In this document: positions 1-8,211 of the stretch, piece after piece
Layout: each line of letters begins with the position of its first letter
Position numbering within the stretch: the first letter of the stretch is position 1
Source: a virus
Direction: 5' to 3' (one strand)
Virus record (IMG/VR): IMGVR_UViG_3300044766_000192
Location: 1-64,000 of that record
DNA: 64,000 bases
Translations under genes and position numbers: made by a program
The notes under the pieces: model-generated
What the model saw: the letters and a program-made list of their open reading frames with translations, nothing else
Databases searched by the model: none
Told to the model about the DNA's origin: nothing

Positions 1-1
1 A

Positions 2-244
2 GCCCCGAAGTACACACACAACGGGGAAGAGTGCATCGGTCAACCTTCGTATCGGCTCACGATCGCGCTACCGCCCGGTATCGAGCCGTTTCGAGCACGT
101 GCGGGCTACTTATCGCGCAAGAAGTATCAACCGACACGACACATCAAGAGCATTGAACCCGATGGTGAAGCGGAAGTTGTCTGCATCTCCGTCGATGCGC
201 TCGATCAGCTCTACGTTACCGAGCACTGCATCGTCACGCATAAT
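2..244 (+). mobile_element. Intein (C-terminal part) in SNF2 helicase
   Basis: VCISVD..DQLYVTEHCIVTHN followed by Thr. Confidence 0.85.
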
Positions 245-1477
245 ACGCTCAGCGCGGCGTACTCTCACGAGCCTCTCATGGGCAAGCTCGTCGTGATCGC
301 GCCGTTGATGGTTCGCGAAGTTTGGCTTGGCTGGCTGCGCCGGGTATTCCCCGGGCAGGACATCGGCATCATGACCGGGCGGCGCTTCGATCCGATCGAA
401 GCTGCCAAGCCGATCGTGTTCGGGCATTACGACATCCTTTATGGCTGGCAGGACGGCGCGCAGATTGGGACGCTGATCCTCGATGAAGCTCACATGCTGA
501 CGAATCGCAACTCGCGCCGAACGCGCGCGGCGGTGTTCCTCGCGAGTCGAGCTGAGCGCGTGATCGCGGCAACGGGCACGCCGATCTGGAACATGCCGCC
601 CGATCTCTGGAGCGTGCTCGGGCTCGTCGCGCCGGGCGCGTTCGGCAGTTATCACGACTTCGGCAATCGCTACGGGGCGCCCGAAGTCACGGAGTACGGC
701 ACGCGATTCACCGGGCTCTCGAACGATGCTGAGCTATCGCTCAGACTCTCCGAGGTCATGTTGCGCCGTCGATGGGTTGACGTCTGCGACGACTTGCCAC
801 CGATCTCGCGTAACGTGATGATCGTCGATCTCGACGAGCGGCAGCGGCGCAAGCTCGATATCGCGGCCGAGAGCCTGCGTCAAGGCGATCGAACGAACAC
901 GGCCGGTGCGCTCGCACGTTATCGCGATGCGCTGTCGATGGCCAAGTTGCCCACGGCGATTCAAGAAGCCGAGCGCTGTCTTGATCGCGGGGATTCCGTC
1001 GTCATCTGGACGTGGCACCGTGAGCTTGCCGATTCGATCGTCGAGCTACTCCTAGCCGGCGAGCGGCAAGCCTTCAAGCTGACTGGCGACACACCGATGA
1101 AGAACCGCGATCAGGTTCTGAACCAGTGGCGCGAAGGCTCCGCTGCGCTCGTCGCAACGATGTCCGTTGCGCAGGTCGGCATCGATCTCAGTCACGCGCA
1201 CCGCGCAATATTCGCCGAGATCGACTACACGCCAGCCATGATTGCTCAAGCCGAGATGCGAACGTTCGCACCGACGCGCCCAATGAACGTGACCTACGTC
1301 GTCGCCGATCACTTCGTCGATCGCAAGATCATCTCGGCGCTGCACCGCAAGCTCGAAGCAGCGTCGCCGCTCGGCGTCGGCTCGGGTGAGGGCGCTATCG
1401 CGTCGATCGACGCCGCGTTTCGTGGGCCCGAGGAGATCGCCGATCTCGATCGCTTCATGAAGGACCTGCTTGCCTAA
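2..1477 (+). CDS. SNF2/DEAD-like helicase, 5'-truncated, with the C-terminal end of an intein
   Basis: Frame open from base 2; DEAH, TGTP and VGIDL motifs; intein block ...YVTEHCIVTHN|T ends at 244, at the expected Walker A GK|T position. Confidence 0.9.
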   Translation, partial: APKYTHNGEECIGQPSYRLTIALPPGIEPFRARAGYLSRKKYQPTRHIKSIEPDGEAEVVCISVDALDQLYVTEHCIVTHNTLSAAYSHEPLMGKLVVIAPLMVREVWLGWLRRVFPGQDIGIMTGRRFDPIEAAKPIVFGHYDILYGWQDGAQIGTLILDEAHMLTNRNSRRTRAAVFLASRAERVIAATGTPIWNMPPDLWSVLGLVAPGAFGSYHDFGNRYGAPEVTEYGTRFTGLSNDAELSLRLSEVMLRRRWVDVCDDLPPISRNVMIVDLDERQRRKLDIAAESLRQGDRTNTAGALARYRDALSMAKLPTAIQEAERCLDRGDSVVIWTWHRELADSIVELLLAGERQAFKLTGDTPMKNRDQVLNQWREGSAALVATMSVAQVGIDLSHAHRAIFAEIDYTPAMIAQAEMRTFAPTRPMNVTYVVADHFVDRKIISALHRKLEAASPLGVGSGEGAIASIDAAFRGPEEIADLDRFMKDLLA

Positions 1478-1643
1478 GCTGAAGAAACAGCCCTGGCTTT
1501 GCCCGTGCTGCCGTGGGCCATTGAATCGCTGGCGCCAGCGCGTGCAGGCTATTCGTCGAGGCAAGCGGGTAGTTTTTGATCGCTGGTACAGCGTCTGTTT
1601 GGCCTGCAAAGTTCGCGTTGTTTTGCACGCACATCGCGGCTAG
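1470..1643 (+). CDS. Small Zn-ribbon protein (57 aa, TTG start, not in ORF track)
   Basis: CPCC...CLAC; fills the gap between helicase and next promoter. Confidence 0.45.
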   Translation: MPKLKKQPWLCPCCRGPLNRWRQRVQAIRRGKRVVFDRWYSVCLACKVRVVLHAHRG

Positions 1644-1644
1644 C

Positions 1645-1666
1645 TGTCAGAGCGATCTGGTAGACC
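1645..1666 (+). promoter_or_regulatory. Class A promoter TGTCAG-N10-TAGACC
   Basis: Repeated motif; GTG start 7 nt after the hexamer. Confidence 0.7.
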
Positions 1667-1673
1667 CTAGTTC

Positions 1674-1868
1674 GTGAAGATTCCACCCGAGATCATCGGC
1701 CCTGTCATCACGTTCCTACTGAGGGCCCAAGCTCGGGGTTGGATTGATCTCCGAGGTATCGAGCCGCTGCTCAAGATCATCGTCGAGTCGGGCAACGCAC
1801 CGCACATGCGTCGCGTGCTCGGCGAGATTCTCCAGATGCTCGAACGCGCGGAACAGGGAGGCTCGTAG
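1674..1868 (+). CDS. Hypothetical protein
   Basis: ORF directly after class A promoter. Confidence 0.6.
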   Translation: MKIPPEIIGPVITFLLRAQARGWIDLRGIEPLLKIIVESGNAPHMRRVLGEILQMLERAEQGGS

Positions 1869-1869
1869 C

Positions 1870-2058
1870 ATGCTTATCCGGTTAACACCCCTGACGAAGA
1901 CGGTTCTCATCGTGTTGTGGATTCTCACGGGCGGGATAGCGGGAACGTACATCATTGGCAACTTCGTCCCGACATTCGCCAGCACGTGCGCGCTCGCCAT
2001 AGTGTTACTCGCGTCTATTGGGCTTCCGGTCGCACTGACCTGGAGGAAACTGAGATGA
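1870..2058 (+). CDS. Small 2-TM membrane protein
   Basis: Two hydrophobic segments; operon packing. Confidence 0.55.
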   Translation: MLIRLTPLTKTVLIVLWILTGGIAGTYIIGNFVPTFASTCALAIVLLASIGLPVALTWRKLR

Positions 2059-2288
2059 GGGGTGGCAACCGGACAAAGATCAGTCTGATCGCTGGCCTCG
2101 TGTCGGCTATGGCCCCTACAACGCACGGCATCGATATCAGGCGGCACAGAGACAAAGTCGTGCTCAAGCACATCTCGCGCGAGACGCTGAACAATCTGCC
2201 GGGCTCGTGCTCGCCGTTGGTTCGTCGGGCTCGTCGAGCAAGTCGCAAGAGCGTGATGCGCCGTCGCAGGCTCCGAGGATGGCAGTGA
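2055..2288 (+). CDS. Small basic hypothetical protein
   Basis: GGAGG SD, ATGA overlap, Arg-rich C terminus. Confidence 0.55.
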   Translation: MRGGNRTKISLIAGLVSAMAPTTHGIDIRRHRDKVVLKHISRETLNNLPGSCSPLVRRARRASRKSVMRRRRLRGWQ

Positions 2289-2443
2289 AACGTTGTAAGC
2301 GTTGCGGCAAGAAGTGGTGCGGTACAGACAGGAAGCTCAGGAAGCTCTACGGTGAAAACTACGCCGATGGCGGCTTGGATGGTCGAGTAGCGCGTATCAC
2401 TTTTGGCGCCAAGAGGTGTCGAGACAAGGGCCCAAAGCGATGA
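2285..2443 (+). CDS. Small Cys/basic hypothetical protein
   Basis: GTGA overlap, CKRC motif. Confidence 0.4.
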   Translation: MKRCKRCGKKWCGTDRKLRKLYGENYADGGLDGRVARITFGAKRCRDKGPKR

Positions 2444-2652
2444 GCTGGACCTGCGAAAAGTGCGGAACGGCGCACGACACGGACGCTCAACGTGAAGACT
2501 GCAAGAAAGCTCAGCGCGTGGTCACGTTCTGGGCTCTCAGCATCTTGCTCGGCCTGGTGATCGTGATCGCTGTTCCCGTGTTCCTGTGGAACCAGTATTG
2601 CTACGGCGACTGGAAGTGCGCGGTCATGCACTGCGTGAAGGTCGTCAAGTGA
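2440..2652 (+). CDS. Small membrane protein with CxxC
   Basis: ATGA overlap, one TM. Confidence 0.5.
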   Translation: MSWTCEKCGTAHDTDAQREDCKKAQRVVTFWALSILLGLVIVIAVPVFLWNQYCYGDWKCAVMHCVKVVK

Positions 2653-5024
2653 ACGAGGCTGCTTGTCTGCTCTGTCAGCGTCGGCTCGACGGTACGACCG
2701 CGCCGGGAATCTATCTTCATGAAGTCGCCGAAGACTGCCTCGTGCGCGTGGCTGATCAGTTTGGTGTCTCGCTCGACGACGACTACGAAGTCAAAGGCGA
2801 TGAGATCTTCTCTAGAGCCCAGAGCGGCTACATCGATCCAGATGACGGCGCGATCGAGCTGACGCAGTTCTTCTCGACGGATCAGGCGATCAGCCAGATC
2901 TTCGCCGAGAAGAAAGTCCCACGACTCGGTGGCATTTCGAGTGGCAGCGGCTGGAGCAACGTCTCGCTGTTCCAGAAATGCCCGTACGCATGGAAGCGAC
3001 GCTACCTCGATCGAGTCGAGCAGCCGAACATCCTCGGTATCGTCGGCGAACCACTCGCGCTCGCGATCGGCTCGCTCACGCACGTGTACCTCGCGATTCA
3101 TTACTACCGGATGATCACACCGGGCTATCCACTCACCGTCGAAGACGTTAACCAGCGGATGCGCGAGCTGGGTTGCAATCCGGCCATCTTCAACGAAGCG
3201 TGGCGGTTGTTCACAGGCTATCGGCTCTACTACAAGAACGAGATACTCGAACCGCTCGCCGTAGAGCACGATCTGAAAGATCCGCGCACCGGCCACTCGT
3301 GCCGCTACGACTTGATCGCGTTCATCCCCGATGAGAGCCCGGGGATCTTGCCGGGGACCTACATCGTCGAAAGTAAATGCTTGACGGGTGACTCGCTCGT
3401 TCACGATTACAATACGAGTCGCTTGGTCAGAATGGACGAGCTGTTCAGACGCGGAATCGCTCCAAAGGTCCTTTCCTATGATTTAGCTACCGGAAGGCTT
3501 GTTCAAGCACAGGCGCTTGTTCCAGTTGCTAACACCGTACGGCCTATTTACGATGTCGTTTCTGAGAGTGGGCGCCGAGTTAGAGCTTCTGATAACCACC
3601 CGATCTTGACGGCTCGTGGCTGGATTTGTGCGGGAGATCTAAAGTCAGGCGATTGGATTGCTGTTGCAAAAAACACGGGCGGCTTGCAACGAGCTTCGCG
3701 TTTCACGGACGCTGAGGTTCGCTTCCTCGGTTTCATGCTCTCTGAGGGCTATCTTACTGATCTCGCGTTTTCGCAGGTGGCTGGGCCTGTGTTCGATGCG
3801 TTTGTTGAGACGCTTTACGCAATGGGGTTCTCTGAGGATGGCAGTACGATTCACACTTTCAGACGAGAGCAGAAGAACTATTCGTTGAAGGACGGCACGC
3901 CATCCACGCTTCACACCATTCGTTTGTCGACGAGCAAAGGCAGCCCAGCGCGAGAACTGATCGGTGATCTCGGTCTATTCGGATTGCGCTCAGCCCAGAA
4001 GCGCGCCCCAGAAGAATTCAACGAGCTATCTGATCATCAAGTTGGAATCTTCCTGGGGGCCTTATGGGATGGCGATGGTTGTCAGTGTGCCGACGAAGCT
4101 CGAACGGACGTGACAATCAAGCACGGATCAAGATCTCGGGCTCTGTGCGAAGCTTCGCGTGATTTGCTCTTGCGTTTGGGTATCCACGCAACAGTTCGAG
4201 CATCGTGGGCTACGTTCAACGGCGTGCGCTACGATGTCTACAACACAACGGTTGTTGGTCGCCCGTCGAAGCGCGTTTTCTTAGATCGTGTGATCGATGG
4301 AACGATTCAATCCGTTCGCTTGATTTCGACTGCCATTGCTCTACGCGAGCGACTAATCGATGGTGATGACACGCTCATACCAGTTGCCTGCATCGTAGAT
4401 GAGCTAACCGAACAGCGCTTGAAAATTCCACGGGTCTACAACGGCACGAGGCAGCTCTCGTCAACGGTTCTCAACAAGTTCAAGAGCCAACCATCGTCTG
4501 CTTTGGAACGTCGAACACTATTCAAGTGGGCCGAGGATCTCCCGTTACTCAAGAAACACGCAGAAACAGAGATCTGGTGGGAACAGATCGAATCGGTTGT
4601 CATTTCAGGCGAGGAACGGACTTACGACTTGACTGTTCCCGGCCAACAAAACTTTGTTGTCAATGGTGTGATCACGCACAACACGACGGCGCGCTTCGAC
4701 TCGAATTCTCTTGAAGGCTGGAGCAACGACGGCGAAGTCTTGGGCCAGGTCGATCTCTGGGACCGGCTTCACCTCGATCGTCGATACGGTCCGCTGCGCG
4801 GCGTGATCATCAACTTGCTCGGCAAGCAGAAAGTCGCCGAGTATCATCGAACGATCGTGAGCCCGTCATCGTGGCAGATCGAACAGCACAGGCTCGATCT
4901 CCGTCGCTGGAATGGGCTCATCCAGCTCGCTAAATCTTCAGACTCGTTTCCTCGCGCTCGAAACAGCTGTGTTGGCCGTTTTGGGAAATGCGGGCACTGG
5001 GATCATTGCGCCTCGGGAGAATAA
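2649..5024 (+). CDS. PD-(D/E)XK Cas4/RecB-like exonuclease with LAGLIDADG intein
   Basis: CPY near N terminus plus C-terminal C..C..C cluster, RYDLI and VESK|T motifs; next to Sak4-like ATPase and SSB. Confidence 0.8.
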   Translation: MNEAACLLCQRRLDGTTAPGIYLHEVAEDCLVRVADQFGVSLDDDYEVKGDEIFSRAQSGYIDPDDGAIELTQFFSTDQAISQIFAEKKVPRLGGISSGSGWSNVSLFQKCPYAWKRRYLDRVEQPNILGIVGEPLALAIGSLTHVYLAIHYYRMITPGYPLTVEDVNQRMRELGCNPAIFNEAWRLFTGYRLYYKNEILEPLAVEHDLKDPRTGHSCRYDLIAFIPDESPGILPGTYIVESKCLTGDSLVHDYNTSRLVRMDELFRRGIAPKVLSYDLATGRLVQAQALVPVANTVRPIYDVVSESGRRVRASDNHPILTARGWICAGDLKSGDWIAVAKNTGGLQRASRFTDAEVRFLGFMLSEGYLTDLAFSQVAGPVFDAFVETLYAMGFSEDGSTIHTFRREQKNYSLKDGTPSTLHTIRLSTSKGSPARELIGDLGLFGLRSAQKRAPEEFNELSDHQVGIFLGALWDGDGCQCADEARTDVTIKHGSRSRALCEASRDLLLRLGIHATVRASWATFNGVRYDVYNTTVVGRPSKRVFLDRVIDGTIQSVRLISTAIALRERLIDGDDTLIPVACIVDELTEQRLKIPRVYNGTRQLSSTVLNKFKSQPSSALERRTLFKWAEDLPLLKKHAETEIWWEQIESVVISGEERTYDLTVPGQQNFVVNGVITHNTTARFDSNSLEGWSNDGEVLGQVDLWDRLHLDRRYGPLRGVIINLLGKQKVAEYHRTIVSPSSWQIEQHRLDLRRWNGLIQLAKSSDSFPRARNSCVGRFGKCGHWDHCASGE
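3378..4682 (+). mobile_element. Intein with LAGLIDADG homing endonuclease (435 aa)
   Basis: CLTGDSLV...ASDNHP...FLGALWDGDG...TYDLTV...VITHN|T. Confidence 0.92.
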
Positions 5025-5026
5025 CC

Positions 5027-5281
5027 ATGTGCGTTGCTCAAGCCATTGCTGATGCCAAGCTCTTTCTTTGGAAGCATCCGCTATCAACCACCGACGTCGA
5101 CAATCCGGTCGAGATCCTCGAAGACATCGTTCGCGAGTACGAGAAGGATGACGACGACGAGGCCGAAGACGATGATCACAACGCGTATCGCTGTGAACGG
5201 CTGCTCACCTTCATCAAGCGCTTGTACGATCAACGGAAGATCTGCGACGCCGAGTATCGAACCGCGTGTGCGATCAAGTAA
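5027..5281 (+). CDS. Hypothetical acidic protein
   Basis: GGAG SD, operon packing. Confidence 0.5.
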   Translation: MCVAQAIADAKLFLWKHPLSTTDVDNPVEILEDIVREYEKDDDDEAEDDDHNAYRCERLLTFIKRLYDQRKICDAEYRTACAIK

Positions 5282-5302
5282 CTAACTAGCTACTACTTAG
5301 AG

Positions 5303-5632
5303 ATGTCGCAGCCCGCAAACGCCGCCCGAACCATCGTCGAAGATGACGACGAAGGCCCTGATCTGCTTTCAGATCCGGCATTCGTGCCGTGTCGTGACGA
5401 GTACTGCACGCGCCCGGGGCTTCATCACGCCCATTCCGAGCCACGAACGCGATCGGGTCGTCATCCACATAAGCACTACGACAACTGCCCAAAGTGTCAG
5501 ACCCCCGTGATAGTCACCAGAACCGGACGAATCAGACAAGGGTCTAAACGAAGCCGCGCGATGACCACGGCCTTGTGCCCGGCTTGCGGATGGACCCACA
5601 GCAAAGCTCTCAAGAGGATAACCGATGCGTGA
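5303..5632 (+). CDS. Zn-finger protein
   Basis: CRDEYC..LHHAH plus CPKC/CPAC. Confidence 0.6.
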   Translation: MSQPANAARTIVEDDDEGPDLLSDPAFVPCRDEYCTRPGLHHAHSEPRTRSGRHPHKHYDNCPKCQTPVIVTRTGRIRQGSKRSRAMTTALCPACGWTHSKALKRITDA

Positions 5633-6614
5633 AATCAACCTCGATCTCCCCGACCAGACCGGCAAGGCGCCGCGCTACACGTTTTTGATCTACGGGCCTA
5701 TGGGATCGGGCAAGACCACGCTCGCGGCGAGCTTCCCACGCCCGCTGTTTCTGTCTGACGTCACGGAGTCGGGCTACGAATCGCTGCGCGGCCTCGACGA
5801 GAGCGTGCTGTTCGAGCCCAACGTTCGACCGCGAGCGCTCGGTATCGAGAAGATGAACGACATGGCGCAGGCACGCGAGATGATCGCGCCGCTCGTCGCG
5901 TCGGGGCAGGTTCAGACGATCGTCGACGATTCGCTCACGTTCTACGCGGATCTCTACCTCAACTCGATCTTCGATATGCAGGGCGCGAACCGCGACAACC
6001 GGAAAGCCTACGGCGAGCTGGGAATTCACCTGCGTGATCTTCGCGTCAAGTGGCAAGGCTTCCAGTGCAACATCGTGTGGCTCTGCCTCGTACGCGATCC
6101 CGACGACGATCGCCCGCAAGGCGGGCCGATGATCCCCGGCGCTGAGTCGGGCAAGTTCGGCGCGGGCTGTGATTATCAGCTGTTCATGCGCCACGATCGC
6201 TTCAAGCGCGGTCAAGAATTCGTCGACAACTATGAGCTGCACTCCAGGAACTGGGGCAAGTACGCCGCGCGCGTTCGCCGTGCAGTCGGCGTGCCCGAGC
6301 TGCCGTCGCCGCTCGTCAACACGACCTATAGCGGAATCTTGCAGGCGATGGGCTTCGATCCAGAGGCCACGCGCGCGGCGCTGCCGCCGTACTTGCCGCC
6401 CAAGCCGTTCGTGATCGCGGCACCGGCACCGCTGGCACCGCCGGTTCAAGCTCCGGTGGCATCTACGGTGCTTCCAAGCACTCCGCGCCCCGCGATGGCG
6501 CCGCACGTCCCCAACGTCGCTCGACCGGTGGCGAACAATAGTGTTCGTCCTCAGCCGGCAGCTCCATCAGTCACTCGCCGCCCGGCCACTCCGGTTGGTC
6601 GGCCAAATAGCTAG
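5625..6614 (+). CDS. AAA_24/Sak4-like ssDNA-annealing ATPase
   Basis: YGPMGSGKTT Walker A, IVDDSLT Walker B, Pro-rich tail. Confidence 0.8.
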   Translation: MREINLDLPDQTGKAPRYTFLIYGPMGSGKTTLAASFPRPLFLSDVTESGYESLRGLDESVLFEPNVRPRALGIEKMNDMAQAREMIAPLVASGQVQTIVDDSLTFYADLYLNSIFDMQGANRDNRKAYGELGIHLRDLRVKWQGFQCNIVWLCLVRDPDDDRPQGGPMIPGAESGKFGAGCDYQLFMRHDRFKRGQEFVDNYELHSRNWGKYAARVRRAVGVPELPSPLVNTTYSGILQAMGFDPEATRAALPPYLPPKPFVIAAPAPLAPPVQAPVASTVLPSTPRPAMAPHVPNVARPVANNSVRPQPAAPSVTRRPATPVGRPNS

Positions 6615-6635
6615 CAAGCAGAAAGAAGACGCGTC

Positions 6636-7184
6636 ATGGCAAACAATGAAACATTCGTAGACCTTCCCGAGATCGAAATCGATCTCACAAACGTCGCAGC
6701 GTGGGACGGCCAACAGGGGCCCAAGCTCCCGGTGGGCGCGTACACGATGGACATCGTGTCAGCCGTTCAGGCTTCGTCGAAGGCCCAACAGCCTGTCCTC
6801 GAAGTGACGTTCAGGGTCGCCGATGAGGGCCCGCAGAACGGTGTCGAGCTGATGAAGAAGTACAGCCTTCAGCAGCAGGCGCTCGGACGCATGGCGCAGC
6901 TGATGGTCGCCTGCGGTGCTCGGCTCGACAAAATCCGCCCGGCCGAGTTGGTCGGCGCACGGATCATCGTCGAGATCACGCACGTCGTGGGTCAGGGCAA
7001 GGTCGATACGCAGGGCGGCGTTCAGCCCGGCGACTTGTTCTGCGAGATCAGCAAGGAGCGAGCGATCGAAGTGGCCGAGCAACCAGTCGCCCCGCCACCG
7101 GCCGCTCGCAAGGCTGCTCCAGCAGCTCAGCCGCCGGCTCAGCCGACGGGACCCAAGAACGGCTCGGTCGCGCGCCGCGCGTAG
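6636..7184 (+). CDS. Phage single-stranded DNA-binding protein (DUF669-like)
   Basis: LPVGAY..I....SSK...LEVTF pattern directly after Sak4-like gene. Confidence 0.7.
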   Translation: MANNETFVDLPEIEIDLTNVAAWDGQQGPKLPVGAYTMDIVSAVQASSKAQQPVLEVTFRVADEGPQNGVELMKKYSLQQQALGRMAQLMVACGARLDKIRPAELVGARIIVEITHVVGQGKVDTQGGVQPGDLFCEISKERAIEVAEQPVAPPPAARKAAPAAQPPAQPTGPKNGSVARRA

Positions 7185-7185
7185 T

Positions 7186-7361
7186 ACGCTTTGCTCGATG
7201 CAAGAGCGTGGATCAGCGTCTTTCCTTTCGCGTTGATCGCGCTTGTCGGCTCCTCATTGCTCCACACTGACGCTGGCCGCATCGAGCGCTTTTCTGGCAG
7301 TTCATCGGCTCGGAGTAATCCGGGCCGTTGATCTTTTCGGAGTCATTGATCTGCGATGAAC
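7186..7361 (+). ncRNA. Candidate structured RNA
   Basis: Nested complementary segments, GUAA and UUCG tetraloops, no convincing ORF. Confidence 0.35.
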
Positions 7362-7405
7362 GCGGTATCACGTGATCTCGGCCGGCACTTTCTTTCGGAA
7401 AAAAG

Positions 7406-7435
7406 TTGACTCGATCGATCTTGATTCGCTATGTA
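7406..7435 (+). promoter_or_regulatory. Sigma70-like promoter TTGACT-N18-TATGTA
   Basis: Consensus-like hexamers with upstream A tract. Confidence 0.45.
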
Positions 7436-7522
7436 CGTGGCTCGCGGTTTCGCGGGTTCATCTGAAGACCGCAACGGAGTCGGTGCCGTTGCTTCACAAC
7501 ATAGCCAGGGGGCTGGCGTTCA

Positions 7523-7975
7523 ATGCTCGATCTCAATCTTGGTCGCGTCCTAGATCTGTACGGCGAAGTTCCCTGTAACTTCGTCTGTCGTCACGAGTCC
7601 TGCGAGCGGCTAGAGTTGCACGGCTTCCACGAGCTGAGACACAAGCCAGGCATCGGCTACCGCACACGGAGCAGGCGCCACGTAGATCAACCGTGGCGGG
7701 CTCAGAATGCTCAAGTATTGCGAGCTTCGATCTTGGAGGCAGTGTCGATCGTCGAGCCGCGCAACTTCCAGATGATCTTGTACATCGTGCACAACGACTA
7801 CGGCAGTTGTTTGGAGCGTTCGGTCTATCGGCATCTGAAGGCGTTGCGCGAAGGCGGCGCGATCGTTAGGATGTCGTGGAAGCAGATCCACGCGTACCTG
7901 AAACCGGGCTCGAAACTGCTCTCTGATCCCGGGCTCGTCTACGAGCAGATCTTGTCTGCGTCGAGGGCAGTATGA
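7523..7975 (+). CDS. Zn-finger plus winged-HTH protein, putative regulator
   Basis: CRHESC..LHGFH; ERSVYRHLKALREGGAI recognition-helix pattern. Confidence 0.55.
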   Translation: MLDLNLGRVLDLYGEVPCNFVCRHESCERLELHGFHELRHKPGIGYRTRSRRHVDQPWRAQNAQVLRASILEAVSIVEPRNFQMILYIVHNDYGSCLERSVYRHLKALREGGAIVRMSWKQIHAYLKPGSKLLSDPGLVYEQILSASRAV

Positions 7976-8211
7976 AGGTGAAACCGAGCATCGGCCGGAT
8001 CGTCATCTACCATCTTCTGGATTCGCGGGGCGTTCCAGAAGAGCGCCCAGCCATCATCACAAGCGTTCTTGACGAAGATCGCGTCAACCTACACGTATTC
8101 TCTGAGCCTAGTGATCACGAGCAAGCCTTTTGTTCGGGCGTCACTCTGTGCCACGCAGATCCATTGAGACCGCCGACGCCTTACACATGGTCTTGGCCAC
8201 CAAGGATCTAG
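7972..8211 (+). CDS. Conserved small phage protein (KPSIGRIV family)
   Basis: KPSIGRIVIY...PAIIT...VNLHVF...WSWPPR. Confidence 0.7.
   Translation: MKVKPSIGRIVIYHLLDSRGVPEERPAIITSVLDEDRVNLHVFSEPSDHEQAFCSGVTLCHADPLRPPTPYTWSWPPRI

Noticed and set aside
2649-5024. Cas4-like nuclease as evidence of a CRISPR system
   Set aside because: No array or other cas genes; the context is a phage recombination module
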